DNA of 64,000 nucleotides from Chara braunii (GCA_003427395.1 BFEA01000004.1:8517688-8581687); one strand, 5' to 3'. Counted from the stretch's first letter, positions 38,856-51,527 are shown. Program-made: numbers and translations. The notes: generated by a model from the letters alone, not told the origin.

Positions 38856-41800
38856 AACCCAGACCGTTTTCCCCCGTACTGGTAGGAGATTGGAACACTA
38901 CCCAGAACTCCCAGTTGGATAGAATCTCATGGGCAGAGGGAACCACACAAGACCCATCAGAGGTAGCTTTGACTCAATTAATGACAAAACACAACCTAAT
39001 AGACCCCTATAGACTTCTTAACCCGCAAAAAAAGGACTATACTTGCATTAGGAAAACAGCACTGGGCAGAACCTCTTTTTCTAGGATAGACTTTTTTCTC
39101 ATATCAGAATCACTACAGGGAGCAATATTAGACACCACAATAGGTAGGATCCCCCATTACGATGGCTTTGACCACAACCCCATCACCATGAAACTGGCAC
39201 TAACAGATGACACTTCTCCTGGGAAAAGTTTCTTCAAGCTGAACACTTCACTCCTTAATCTGGATTCATTCAAACAAGAATTCAGAGCCAAGTGGGGGGA
39301 AATCAAGGACAAACTAAAAGAAGGAGAATTAGTGAGAGACCTTCCACTTTCTATTCGAGAGATAAGCCAATGGGCAAGTATCTTCTCAAAAAGAGAAGCA
39401 AGCAGGAGGAAAGCAAGACAACAAAGCCTCAAAGCTATGGTTGAAATAGCCAAATTCAACCTTATAGCCAATCCGAGGGCAACCCTGTATGAACATCTTC
39501 TAGAGGAAGCGAGAACAGAGCTGAGGCAATGGGCGGAGTGGAGAAGACAGGGACTAGTGATCAGAACCAGAGTAAGGGATTGGGAAAACAACGAAAGCAT
39601 GACAAAATTCTTCTTCTAAAAGATCAAATCAAGTCATACGAATAGTATAATACAAGCCCTAAGGGACACTTTGGGAACTACACAAACGTCACCTGAAGAA
39701 ATCTTAAAAGTAGCAGCAGGTTTCTACCAGAACCTTTACGCTTCTAAAACCTTCATGGAAAACCCAAACAACGTACGAAAAGCAAGAGAAAAATTTCTAA
39801 AGTACCTAGACAAAAGTCTCAACCAAGAAGCAATAGACCTTTTAGAAAAAGAAATCACAAATGACAAACTTTTTGAAGCACTTAGGAGCATGCAACCAAA
39901 CAAAACACCAGGCAAGGATGACCTTCCGAAGGAATTCTGGCAAGCAAATTGGCACCTAGTCGACGAATCTGTTACAGCCTTTTTCAAGGAAGCCTTCACT
40001 AAGGGATCTATAGGGCAAGAACTAAGCACAGGCATAGTCATGCTACTATACAAAAAAGGGGATAGAGAAGACATAAGGAATTATAGACCCATAACCCTCT
40101 TACCAGTGATTTACAAAATACTAGCTAAGACCCTAGCCAATAGAATCAAAAACGTTACAGATAAATGCTTCCACATAGACCAAACAGGTTTCATACCAGG
40201 AAGATATATTTTAGACAATGTCATAACGCTAAACGAGGCTACTAAAATAATAAAGGATAAAAAAGTATAGGCAGCCATATTATTCTTTGACTTTGAAAAG
40301 GCCTATGACCAGGTTAATTGGGATTTCCTTCAACTGAGTATGGAAAAGATGGGAGTAGGACCAAATTTTAGAAGATGGGTAAGAGTTTTATATGGAGACG
40401 CCAGAGGAATGGTTCAAGCTAACGGTCATCTCTCAGAGAAATACGAAATGACTAGATCGGTAAGACAGGGAGATCCACTAACAACCCCAATTTTTCTNNN
40501 NNNNNNNNNNNNNNNNNNNNNNNNNNNNNNNNNNNNNNNNNNNNNNNNNNNNNNNNNNNNNNNNNNNNNNNNNNNNNNNNNNNNNNNNNNNNNNNNNNNN
40601 NNNNNNNNNNNNNNNNNNNNNNNNNNNNNNNNNNNNNNNNNNNNNNNNNNNNNNNNNNNNNNNNNNNNNNNNNNNNNNNNNNNNNNNNNNNNNNNNNNNN
40701 NNNNNNNNNNNNNNNNNNNNNNNNNNNNNNNNGAAGCAATTGCAGCCTACCTCCGTAAGGACCCATCAATAGAAAGACTAGTAGTCCAACAAGACGGAAG
40801 AAAAATAGTCATCCCCACAACTATACTATTCGCAGACGACCTGACCGTACTCATTAGAGCGACAGATTCCTCGTTTCAAGCACTCANAAAAGCAATGCAA
40901 GCATTCCAGTTAGCAGCTNAAATGAAAATAAACTGGAATAAGACAATAGGATGGTGGCTAGCTCCTTCCCTACCTCCCCAACAAACCCAAGATACACAAG
41001 GTATACAATGGTTGGACCCACAACAACCAATCCGTTTCCTAGGCATTCAAACAACATCAGAAGGAACAAGCAACTCCTCAGGAACCAGCCTACTTCTCAA
41101 AATGACTAACAAGCTGACGGGTTGGCAAGCAGTCAATGTATCACTCATGGGAAGGGCGCTAGTTCTCAACACGTCAATTTTATCCACAGGATGGTACGTG
41201 GCGTCCCTCTGGAACCCACCACAAAGCTTTTTCGTAAGCCTCAGAAAGAAGATGGGCTCTTACCTTTGGACTGGAAAGGCGGAAACATCTCTAAGGTAGC
41301 ATGAAAATACATTACCAGGCCCAAGCATCAAGAGGGACTGGGCATATTAAACCCCACGATACAATTTCAAGCACTGCAACACAAATGGATAATAAAACTC
41401 CTCTTCAACAGAGAATTGCCATGGCACGAGATGGCCCTGCACCAGATCCGAAACTTGGTTCCTTTCAAAGTAGACCCAACCATCGAAGGGTACCACTGCC
41501 TCCTCAATCCCTCCTCGAACCCAAGAAGAAGAGAAGGGGGAGGACAGGCAAAAGAAAAGGACCCCACAAGCGAGCACTGGGCCACATTAATAAAACACTG
41601 GAGAACATGCCTCCCGCAAAAAATAAGAACACCTAGAATAAGAGAAGAAGTCCTAAGGCAGCCGCTGTTTGGAAACCCCTTGCTTACGGACCAAAACCAT
41701 AAGCCATGGCCCCTGAACACAAAAGGCAAACAATGGAGGAAGTGGATGAGCAAGGGACTGTGGAAAATAGAGCACATTTGGAACTCAGAGCAAAACAGAT

Positions 41801-43037
41801 GGTTGTCAGAACAAGACCTCATAACTAAACTCAAAGGAATCCACAATCTGAAGGAACAATTAGCAAGAATTCAAGAAAGTGTACCATTGAAATGGGTTCT
41901 CCTCCTGAAAAGCAAAAATTGGGCGGTAGGGGACTGGGCCACAAAATTGATTCGCAAGAAACCCCCCCAACCAGAGCGTACAAATTGCTCCAAATAAAAG
42001 ACGGGCAGGAAGGAAAAGCGGATTTCATGGCTTACGAACTAGAAGAAACACATAAATCTTGGGTAACATTAGGCAGAATAATAGAACAAGGGACAACAGA
42101 AAACCTCAATACCCTCAAAAGAGTACGCGCATGTTCACTCAAAAAATACAGAAACCCAAACCCTGCAAGGCAACAAGACATAAACGGAACCAGGCTGTAC
42201 AGACCAGACCTAGACATCAAAGATCTAGAAGTAGACCCAGCGGAATGGGGATGGATGGTACCTAGCGTTTCAGGGAAAGCCAAGAAGCTCACCCCTATAT
42301 ATGATTATGAAGTCAAAATAGGCTACAAACTGGGCAATCGCACAAGGGACCCCCTCCCAGTAATCTCAGAAAGGTGGAAAAGAAACTTGGGAGAAAACGC
42401 AGGTTGGGCGAATAAAATTCCTTCGAACCAGTATACAAATATAAGACTGGTAAGGATCAGAAGGCTACAGTGGCTTGTTCTGTATTGGGCGGTGCCAGTC
42501 AACCAATGGTTGGCCAAAAGGAGAAAACAGCAAGATTCCCAGCAACAAACGTCCACATGCAAAGTTTGTAACGACCAAGCAGAAGAATCCCTGGTGCATT
42601 GCCAAATAACATGTCAACAGGCTCAGGAAGTGTGGAACAAAACCAAAAACAGCTGGCAAAGGCTAACAAACCAAAACCTCCCTAGCAACTCTGTATATTT
42701 GCTAACGGGAGGACGAGAAACAGAAGCACTAGAGGAATCTACACTACTGATGGCAGACTTATGGAGGAGAGCAGCACTCTGGGCAATATGGAAAGCAAGG
42801 TGCAAGGGCACTCTAGAGGGACAAACGGCATCTCTAGAGGAGAAATGGGCGGAAATAAAAAACATAATACAAACGGAAGTAAGAGCACGCTGGACCCAAG
42901 AGCAAAAAGATCAACAAAGGTTAATAACACCGGACAAAAAAGAACTGAGTCTGAGAATTTTCAAAAAAACATGGCTTTTGGAGAACAGAATCGCAAAAGT
43001 CGAGGGAAGCACTCTACTTTTCACTGACTGGTACTAA
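38856..43037 (+). pseudogene. LINE ORF2 of copy B (C-terminal half of APE, RT, zf-RVT) with in-frame stops and frameshifts
   Basis: VGDWN, DPYR, SRIDFFLIS, DHNPI; KTPG.D, NYRPITLL, DFEKAYD, VRQGDPL, FADD; CKVC..HCQITC; stops at 39617, 40268 and 41297. Confidence 0.95.
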
Positions 43038-44932
43038 CAAGAAGGAGATCTTTACCTAATGTCTGACCACCCTCAACTGATCCCCAACCTCGGCCTCGTT
43101 CCAACACATGCAGTCGTAGCCTCAAGGCAATCGTATCCAGTCTTCACCATCTTAGTTAACACATATCCCCCACGGAAAAGTATTCGACGGAAGCAGTAAC
43201 AAGTCTCAACAAATCTCCCTTCTCGGTCCAACAACTCTACGCGCTCCACTAAACTAACATCCCAAAAGAGTCATGACAGACAGAAGGGAACAGCGCTCTT
43301 CTCAATAAGNAAAANGTCTCGGAGGAACAGAGGGAAGGAGAAAGGCAACGATACAGCAGAAGAAGNGCTCTAGCACAAAGAGCAGACAGAAACAGGAACA
43401 GCTGATCAGCAGGGACTTCATGCAGAAGGGGGCTTTCCAAACAAACTAAGATGGAAGAGGAGGAACATCAGTGTAAACAGGACAAGGAAGGCCAACAAAG
43501 GGGGAACGGAGAAGGCNAAAAGGATGTATCGAGGGGGAGGACTGAGCAGCAGCCCAGAACAGACTCAGGAAAGTGGAAGGGGAGGAACAATACGGGAGCG
43601 AGAACTCACTGCAGAACTACGGGCTGGGGAAGCAGACACGATACAGCAAGAAGAGACCTGTTACAAAAGGGGCACTAAACGGCAAAGAGAAAGAGTCGGA
43701 CAAGTCAGGTGGACCTAAGAAGGATCGGCACCAATCAGAAACATGCAAGGCTTCCAACAATGAGCAAAGCAGTCCTGGATCAGGACAAGGACAAAGGAAA
43801 CAGGGGACATGTGAACAGGGTTGACTCGAGGGAACGATGGAGAATAGACACACAGGCTGAATGAGGAGTTTTCAAAGGCGAGGAACAGACAAAGCATAAA
43901 TTGCCACAGCCTGGGATGGATAACACAGAGATAGACGGACGGTACCAAAGGACAAGAGCAAGGTGTTAGGACAGACTCAAAGAGAGGCGGGAACACAGGT
44001 TCGCAGGCTGGAGGCTTAGGGTTTAGGGTTTAGAACAGGTTTTCAAAAAAGGAGGAGATCATGCACCACAGGCAGGGCAGATGAGTGGGGAGGACACAGG
44101 CCGACAGGTACAAAGGCTGAANNNNNNNNNNNNNNNNNNNNNNNNNNNNNNNNNNNNNNNNNNNNNNNNNNNNNNNNNNNNNNNNNNNNNNNNNNNNNNN
44201 NNNNNNNNNNNNNNNNNNNNNNNNNNNNNNNNNNNNNNNNNNNNNNNNNNNNNNNNNNNNNNNNNNNNNNNNNNNNNNNNNNNNNNNNNNNNNNNNNNNN
44301 NNNNNNNNNNNNNNNNNNNNNNNNNNNNNNNNNNNNNNNNNNNNNNNNNNNNNNNNNNNNNNNNNNNNNNNNNNNNNNNNNNNNNNNNNNNNNNNNNNNN
44401 NNNNNNNNNNNNNNNNNNNNNNNNNNNNNNNNNNNNNNNNNNNNNNNNNNNNNNNNNNNNNNNNNNNNNNNNNNNNNNNNNNNNNNNNNNNNNNNNNNNN
44501 NNNNNNNNNNNNNNNNNNNNNNNNNNNNNNNNNNNNNNNNNNNNNNNNNNNNNNNNNNNNNNNNNNNNNNNNNNNNNNNNNNNNNNNNNNNNNNNNNNNN
44601 NNNNNNNNNNNNNNNNNNNNNNNNNNNNNNNNNNNNNNNNNNNNNNNNNNNNNNNNNNNNNNNNNNNNNNNNNNNNNNNNNNNNNNNNNNNNNNNNNNNN
44701 NNNNNNNNNNNNNNNNNNNNNNNNNNNNNNNNNNNNNNNNNNNNNNNNNNNNNNNNNNNNNNNNNNNNNNNNNNNNNNNNNNNNNNNNNNNNNNNNNNNN
44801 NNNNNNNNNNNNNNNNNNNNNNNNNNNNNNNNNNNNNNNNNNNNNNNNNNNNNNNNNNNNNNNNNNNNNNNNNNNNNNNNNNNNNNNNNNNNNNNNNNNN
44901 NNNNNNNNNNNNNNNNNNNNNNNNNNNNNNNN

Positions 44933-45095
44933 TTCTCTCTGATGAGATACAAAACCAAAATAGTCTTGGCACTTGTCTTCTTCTTACATGCGGCTATGGC
45001 CACTCACTCACAGTGCAGGTAAGCCTCACACATACGTTCTCTCTGTACTACTACTACTACTATTACTACTCACTTGCACACACAGGTCACGCTCA

Positions 45096-45180
<85 letters not shown>

Positions 45181-45586
45181 GCTATGCTATGCTGTCAGGC
45201 ACCATCAACTATCCTATCGCTACACACTTCGCTCATTCACTGCAGCAATGCACAAGACCGCAGCAGCGGTTCTGCGTACAGCACGAATGCCCAATTGTGT
45301 TGACGTTTGGTGCTGCCGGACTCTAGTACAGTCGGCCACTTTGACCAGAGGTTCAAGATGTTCGGACTGCTGCTTGTGGCTGCGGTCAGCCTCCAACAAC
45401 CGGAAGTTCCGGACTTTCGGGATGAGCTGCGACTGCCAGACAACAAACAGACAGACAGACAGACAGCATGGATTGCCTACCGACCGTAGGGAACTACAGA
45501 TAATAAATTAACGACGATACCCTATGGTACGACCTGAAACTAAACTAGGCCTACGGTGCGGGACAACCGGACGGGAATACATTACA
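44933..45586. repeat. LTR-like fragment ending CATTACA, containing (TC)n(AC)n
   Basis: The terminus reads TGTAATG on the minus strand, the same as the gypsy LTR start at 9956; the other end lies in a gap. Confidence 0.35.
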
Positions 45587-46223
45587 ATAGGACATTGGGA
45601 CAGTGGGACTCGCACCGGAAATATCTGAGCTTGCGAATCCTTTCACGCATGAATCTAGTCAATTTAAGGCAGGAAGAGCGTAGATCCAGCAGGGGCTGAC
45701 ACTTGCATACCGCTTAATTCAGAATTGTGCTCTGTGTTCTGCCTTTCCTACCTGGCTTTGCATCTGCCCTACTAGGAGCCCTTGGTTTGCCTCTGTTTGT
45801 GCGGACTGGCTTCTCCTCTTCCACCCGCTTTGGATTCCGCTCCATACACGATCTGCATAGTACTTGTGGCTCTGCAATTTCACAAACCCAAACAATGAAC
45901 AGTAAAACCACCAATCTGCAAGCAAGATGTACCGGTTAACACCGCGGCCACACTTTATATGTACGGATGTACCAGCACCCCGCTAAAGTCGTTGATGATG
46001 GGAAAAAACTGTCAGAGGTCCGCGGGAGCGTCTCATGTACTGGTGGGCTAATTACGTGCATTTCCCATCCCATTCTCCCCCTTCCTCTACATCAACCCTG
46101 GCCCAGTCAACGCCCTCCGTCCCCCCCCCCCCCCCCCCACAGAAAAGACCTCGCATCACAGAAAGAACACAAACACACGCACAGACAAAAAAAAAAGAAA
46201 GAGAAAAAAGGAAATCATACCAG

Positions 46224-46422
46224 GTGAGGGGTGGTACATCCTTCCAAGGGAAGTAATCAATGCTGCCCGCTCGGATCTCTCAACCATAATGGGGAGAAGC
46301 GTCAGAGTGTGCACTTGTTGTATTCTGCTTGACTTGCCGGTGGAATAGGAACTGGACCGATGCTCCCCAGAATGGACAAGGAGCCGGAACCATAAGGTTC
46401 TTTTTTCGGAAAAGAGAACAAA
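46224..46422 (+). mobile_element. ~200-bp retroposed element consisting only of the LINE 3' structured tail, with a 12-bp TSD
   Basis: TSD aaatcataccag at 46212-46223 and 46423-46434; body homologous to 56600-56770 and to 50073-50235 (-). Confidence 0.85.
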
Positions 46423-46691
46423 AAATCATACCAGTTGTTGGTTCATTTTCCTTCCCTGACGGTCTTTATGATTTACATACTGTTGTGTCGTTTCCATTAC
46501 TGATGTGCAGCGGCCCCCTTTGAGATGCGCGGAAAACTTCTCCTCATATGGGGGACAGCTGCATTTTACTATGCTATTTTCTTCTCTCATGACTTTTCCT
46601 CTCACCCTACCGAGCTGGTCGGGGAGCCGTGCTCCTTGCAGGTACAGAAGGTGGGTAGACCGTGCCGAAAACTTTCTGATCTGTGATAGAA

Positions 46692-47025
46692 GTGCCTTTT
46701 GCATTACTAGGGGCCAGATGTGCTTGTGGTGCCTTTTGCATTATTAGGGGCCAGATGTGCTTGTGGTGCCTTTTGCATTATTAGGGGCCAGATGTGCTTG
46801 TGNNNNNNNNNNNNNNNNNNNNNNNNNNNNNNNNNNNNNNNNNNNNNNNNNNNNNNNNNNNNATGTGCTTGTGGTGCCTTTTGCATTATTAGGGGCCAGA
46901 TGTGCTTGTGGTGCCTTTTGCATTATTAGGGGCCAGATGTGCTTGTGGTGCCTTTTGAATTATTAGGGGCCAGATGTGCTTGTGGTGCCTTTGCATTATT
47001 TGAGGCCAGATGTGCTTGTGGTGCC
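46692..47025. repeat. 37-bp minisatellite (gtgccttttgcattattaggggccagatgtgcttgtg)n
   Basis: At least 7 visible head-to-tail copies around a gap; no spacers. Confidence 0.93.
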
Positions 47026-47144
47026 GGTGTTCCCTGGTGGCGACATACAGTCCGTAGGGCCGTAGGCTGATTTGTATGGTGTGTGAGTTGTTGTGCCAGT
47101 GCCTTCTCAACAATCATCTCGGAAACATCATCTTGACGGAGTTT

Positions 47145-47181
<37 letters not shown>

Positions 47182-47579
47182 GGGTTGTGTATGCTATGGT
47201 TGCTATCTATGAATTGCCCTCTTCTACTGGGCCTCATAAAGCATTGCGCAAAGTACGACAGGTTCAAATCGTGTAGGATCATAGGATGCTGAATTCTTCG
47301 GAAGAGTGGCCAAGTGCTCAAAAGAGACAGACTGTAAGTAAATCTGTTGAAGGTTACATTTCTACCTCTCCCACTCCGTGGCCTTCATACATTGATGAAT
47401 TACATGTAATGTACTTGTGGGGGCGAAAGTCTAGGATGGATCTATTCTATTATATCTGATGGTAATTCTCTGTGTCTACTCTTCGTTGCTAATTTCATTA
47501 CGTATGATATCAATCCATATAGAACTGGACAGTAAATTGGAAAAACACAAATGTGTTAGTGAAGGCCGAAGCTCAGTGT

Positions 47580-47730
47580 ATAAGCGGCGCCTTGTTATCA
47601 GAAATTCAGGATCAAAAATTTTTGGACTTGATAGCATTTTTCAACAAACCAGATGCCAAAATGTTAAGTCAAATTATTCCGCCTGAATTACACATTCTAT
47701 TGAATGAATTTGAATCACAATATGCAAAGC
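47580..47730 (+). pseudogene. Possible degenerate maturase RT fragment at the left of the organellar island
   Basis: LLSEIQDQKFLDLI resembles maturase LL..kI.D.rFl.LI; AT-rich and adjacent to the nad3 NUMT. Confidence 0.4.
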
Positions 47731-47977
47731 TGAAGAACACTGTAAACAAACACCAGTTCACCATAGCCCCTCTACTCCATGCTGTTCAGGCTGCCGCTTC
47801 TCAGATATTGCATGAGTTCTAACTAGTACAAGCGCCTGGCACCTTGGGGATGGAGCTGACGGCCCAGGAGCCCATCCGAGTACTAGCAGTGCTAAAATGG
47901 CTGAAGTTTGAAGCAAAAACGTTATAGTTACTAGTACAAAAATTTGCAAACATCACTAAGTCCTCGCAAAAGGTTTT

Positions 47978-48079
47978 CAAATAGGATTGTTTGGATTGTG
48001 GTCTATGATGGTCTTTTTATTGATTTTAACCATTGGTTTTGTTTATGAATGGAAGAAGGGCGCTTTAGATTGGGAATAA
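47978..48079 (+). pseudogene. nad3: Mitochondrial nad3 C-terminal fragment (NUMT)
   Basis: [33 protein letters not shown]. Confidence 0.93.
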
Positions 48080-48086
48080 CACATTT

Positions 48087-48127
48087 GGGTAACTAGCTCA
48101 GTTGGAAGAGTGCATCGTTTACACCGT
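48087..48127 (+). pseudogene. trnV: Organellar tRNA-Val(UAC) 5' half (NUMT)
   Basis: gggtaac-tagctcagttggaagag-t-g-catcg-tt TAC ac; truncated after the anticodon loop. Confidence 0.75.
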
Positions 48128-48131
48128 CGAT

Positions 48132-48213
48132 GGGAAAATAACTTAGTTGGTTAGAGACTTAGAGTGCTGGTCTGTCACGCCAGAAGTCGCAGGTTCAAAT
48201 CCCGTTTTCCCCG
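48132..48213 (+). tRNA. trnD: Mitochondrial-type tRNA-Asp(GUC) pseudogene (NUMT) with an 8-bp D-arm duplication
   Basis: Anticodon arm ctggt-ct GTC ac-gccag; T arm ggttcaaatccc; acceptor gggaaaa/tttcccc. Confidence 0.85.
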
Positions 48214-48238
48214 GGAGGTATGGCTGAGTGGCTGAAAG
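48214..48238 (+). pseudogene. 5' fragment of an organellar tRNA, probably tRNA-Ser (NUMT)
   Basis: ggaggta-tggctgagtggct is a typical start of plant mitochondrial tRNA-Ser; anticodon absent. Confidence 0.55.
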
Positions 48239-49087
48239 ATTATGGACGAACAACACGATATCCACCAGATATCTCCCAGGATGATGGTACAGTTTCCCCA
48301 TTCTTGTCCGTAAAAATGCAGTATCCCCTTTCTTGCACGCCATGCCAGGTTTTCAGCCTTGTTTGAACATCGCGCCAGAGCCCACTACCCTCCCATTGCG
48401 CCAGAGCCCACTACCCTCCCTTTTCCCTTGTAAAACAATCCGCTCAGGTAACCAAGCTGTCTGAGTTTCATGCCCACGTTGCTAGCCGCTCATCATTAGT
48501 ACTGTCCATGCTTTTCTATGTATCGCTCCAGCTGATGCTGCAGCCTTCTGTTCCTTTTTCTCCATAAAAGGGGAATTGTTTCAGAGGTCTGTAATGAAGT
48601 TCCGAATCACCCAAATTACTTTGTTGTTATCTAACCTATGTACCATCCAGATTCCGCGTGGTTTCTTTCATAAGATTATCCCTGTTTCGAGGTGCACCAA
48701 CCTGCTGGCGCCAACTGTTCTTTGCAAGCGTTAGCTCTCGTGGAAATGGAAATGCTTTCAGAATTTCTTCAACTATTTTTTCTCCTTTCCTTTTTCATCC
48801 AGAGCTGCTACAAGATATGATTAGGAGGTCACCCTACAACCTGCTGGCGTCATCTGTTGTTTCCAAGCGTTAGCTCCTGTGGGTATGCTTTCAAAATTTC
48901 TTCTGCTAATTTTCCTGTTCTTCCTTTTCATGCAGAGCTGCTCCAAGATATGATTCATCCATGTAAAGGTTGCCGGCCACGAGTCTTGCCTCATCCCTTT
49001 TAGTAAGAGCACGATTCTCACATTACATACACATTGCGACTCCAGNNNNNNNNNNNNNNNNNNNNNNNNNNNNNNNNNNNNNNNNNN

Positions 49088-49162
<75 letters not shown>

Positions 49163-50062
49163 ACACACAAGAGAAGCAGCAGCTGAGTTGAGTCTGAGTC
49201 TATGCATCCACACGTGCGTCAGTATAATGTGCATACTGTGAACACTATCTGGAAATAGTCTCCATGGCACCTTGTGTCATTTCCAAGGGGAGACGCCTCC
49301 CACTCGCAAAACGACTGCAAGACTGATGGCAGTGTGAGGGCAGTCCGCATGGAGTGCTCTCTAGCACAACACGCCGTGAACCTGGAACGAGAGCAGATAG
49401 TCACATAGCATAGATTACAGCACAGACCGGTGCCTAAATGCATTGACAGTGACGTATGGAGCGCATGCACTCTCACCAACCCACATCCAACTACCTGTCA
49501 CTCATGACGCACCTGGAACACGGCTGGCAGTTTGAACGCAGCCCGCGTGGAATGATCTCTGGCATGACACACATCGAACCTGGCAGGGCAGCAGGTAGCC
49601 ACACAGTGGATCACAGAAGAAACCGGGCCGCTGGGGTGAGACAAACCGTGATAAGTTTGGCTGAGTCAGAGACAAATCTAGTCAAACTCCACAATCAATC
49701 AATAACAACAGCCGACGAGCGCGTGGCATTCATCTCATTCCATCAGGGTTCAAACTGGCGATCCCTTAGAATCAGTAACATTTGCGCACCGTTCAGTCAC
49801 ACAAGTCAGGTGGGCCCAGATTCCTGGACCAGCTGATTTGGTGGTCTCCCCTTAGGGCAAACAACTTCAAGCATTCACAAAAGTGGCTAAGCCAATTGCA
49901 TATGCTCCACATTTTTTGATTTTTTTTTTTTTTTTTCAGATTAATCAGGGGATTACAATTCCAAACCCAAAGTTATTTTCCTGAGTCAATAACCAGCAAG
50001 GAGACAACCAAATAAGATAACTGAAAGAAAGAGACGGGATGACTGCTTCACTGACTTCCTTC

Positions 50063-51047
50063 TTTTTTTTTTTCCCCCCTATCACCATGGCTCCATATCC
50101 ATGCTGCGGAGCGTCAGTCCGGTTTGTATTCCACCGGCAAGTCAAAATTTACAACATGAACAAACTCACGCTTCCTTCCGTCTGGCCGAAGGACCCCTGA
50201 ACAGCATTGATCGCTCCAGCAGTGTGGAGGATTGACTGTCAGCTTGCCTTTCGTCTCAGATCCAGCTATCTGAACCTGTCATATTTGTTGCGAAAACACA
50301 AGAAAGGGATAGGCGAAGAGGACAACACAGTCTGAGAGCTCGTAGGTTCAAAGCCTTTAGCCACTGCTGGTATTCACGTAGCCTGTCGTGGATCTTGCTG
50401 GACTCTGTCTTCTGAAGCCCGCTTCTGAATTGTGGCAGTCTTTCCAGTGTATGCGGAAATCCCTTTTGTCTGCTACCTTGCCGACTACCAGCCAGTCCCT
50501 GTGAAATTTTCCACTGTTCTCTGCTGCTGTTCCACATCGTCCGTCATGGAGTGCCTTGTCTTCTGCTACTTGCACAGAACCTCCGCCTGGATCAATGTCC
50601 TTGTCTCCGCCCAGACCTTCTTCCTTGGTGTTGAGAGACCTTCAATGCTTCTGCTACACTTTTCTTTCCATATAGACCAGAGTGTTACCTTTCTGATCAT
50701 TCCAAACCAGAATCTGATCTTCTCGGCCTAGTGGAAGTGAGCGGGGCTGTTAGTCCATAGGAGTTGTATGGGGTGTTCGGGGAGGGGGGTCGGGAACAGA
50801 GCATCCCATAGGTCCGATGCCCTGGCCCAGTATTCTGTCACTTCTCTACAGCGTATTAAGCAGCGTATGATGTCTTCTGATTCATTTTCCAAACATACCA
50901 CAAAGAAGTCTGAAGCCTCTGAACTGTTCGGGTCGTTCTTGCTTCTTCTGATGTGTAGCCATTGGTGGACCGGTAGTGCTACGTATCAGATAAATCATTG
51001 GAGGCTTCTGATTTTGACCGGGCAAATTGATTTGAATTTCTTCCACG
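50063..51047 (-). mobile_element. 5'-truncated L1/Tx1-like LINE (copy D) with structured 3' tail and poly(A)
   Basis: Minus strand PWKKFKSICPVKIRSLQ..PVHQWL..KVTLWSIWKEKC; tail nearly identical in layout to copy C; T-run at 50063-50073. Confidence 0.88.
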
Positions 51048-51054
51048 GAGGGCT

Positions 51055-51527
51055 GGAGGCCTAGCTCAGTTGGTTGAGCACGTAAGTGGCATTCAGGAGC
51101 TCATGGGTTCGATTCCCCACGACATCTCTTCGATCCCCCACGGCCCCCTGGGGCATGCTTTGAGCTCACCAGCTGAGATATGCGGCGTGTCCCCCCCTGA
51201 CTGGTTGTGGAAAGTAATTGCTGAGCTTTCCAGCCTGCGCCGGGCATTAGGAGCTTCGGTACTGCTCCCCGCACAGAGCAGAGATATGTAGGCCCAGCTT
51301 CCCTCCCAACCATAACCCTTAGCAACCCATTACCCGTAGAATACTTTGCTTTTCATTGGCAGATTACAGTAGGGCTTGTGATCCGACTAGAGCAGAAAGA
51401 TAAAGGAGGTCACCAGACTAGATAAGGGTAGATAGGTAATCTGGGCAAGATTGAGAGAAGAGAATAGGGTGGGAAAAATACAGCTTGTCCCCCATATCGG
51501 GAACTGTATATATATATATATATATAT
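51055..51527 (+). mobile_element. tRNA-derived SINE-like element
   Basis: A box TAGCTCAGTTGG (51062), B box GGTTCGATTCCC (~51106), duplicated T-arm segment, anticodon arm not properly paired, ~380-bp unrelated body, ends in (TA)n. Confidence 0.75.

Noticed and set aside
46692-47025. 37-bp repeats resembling a CRISPR array
   Set aside because: Head-to-tail with no unique spacers, no cas genes and a eukaryotic context; it is a minisatellite
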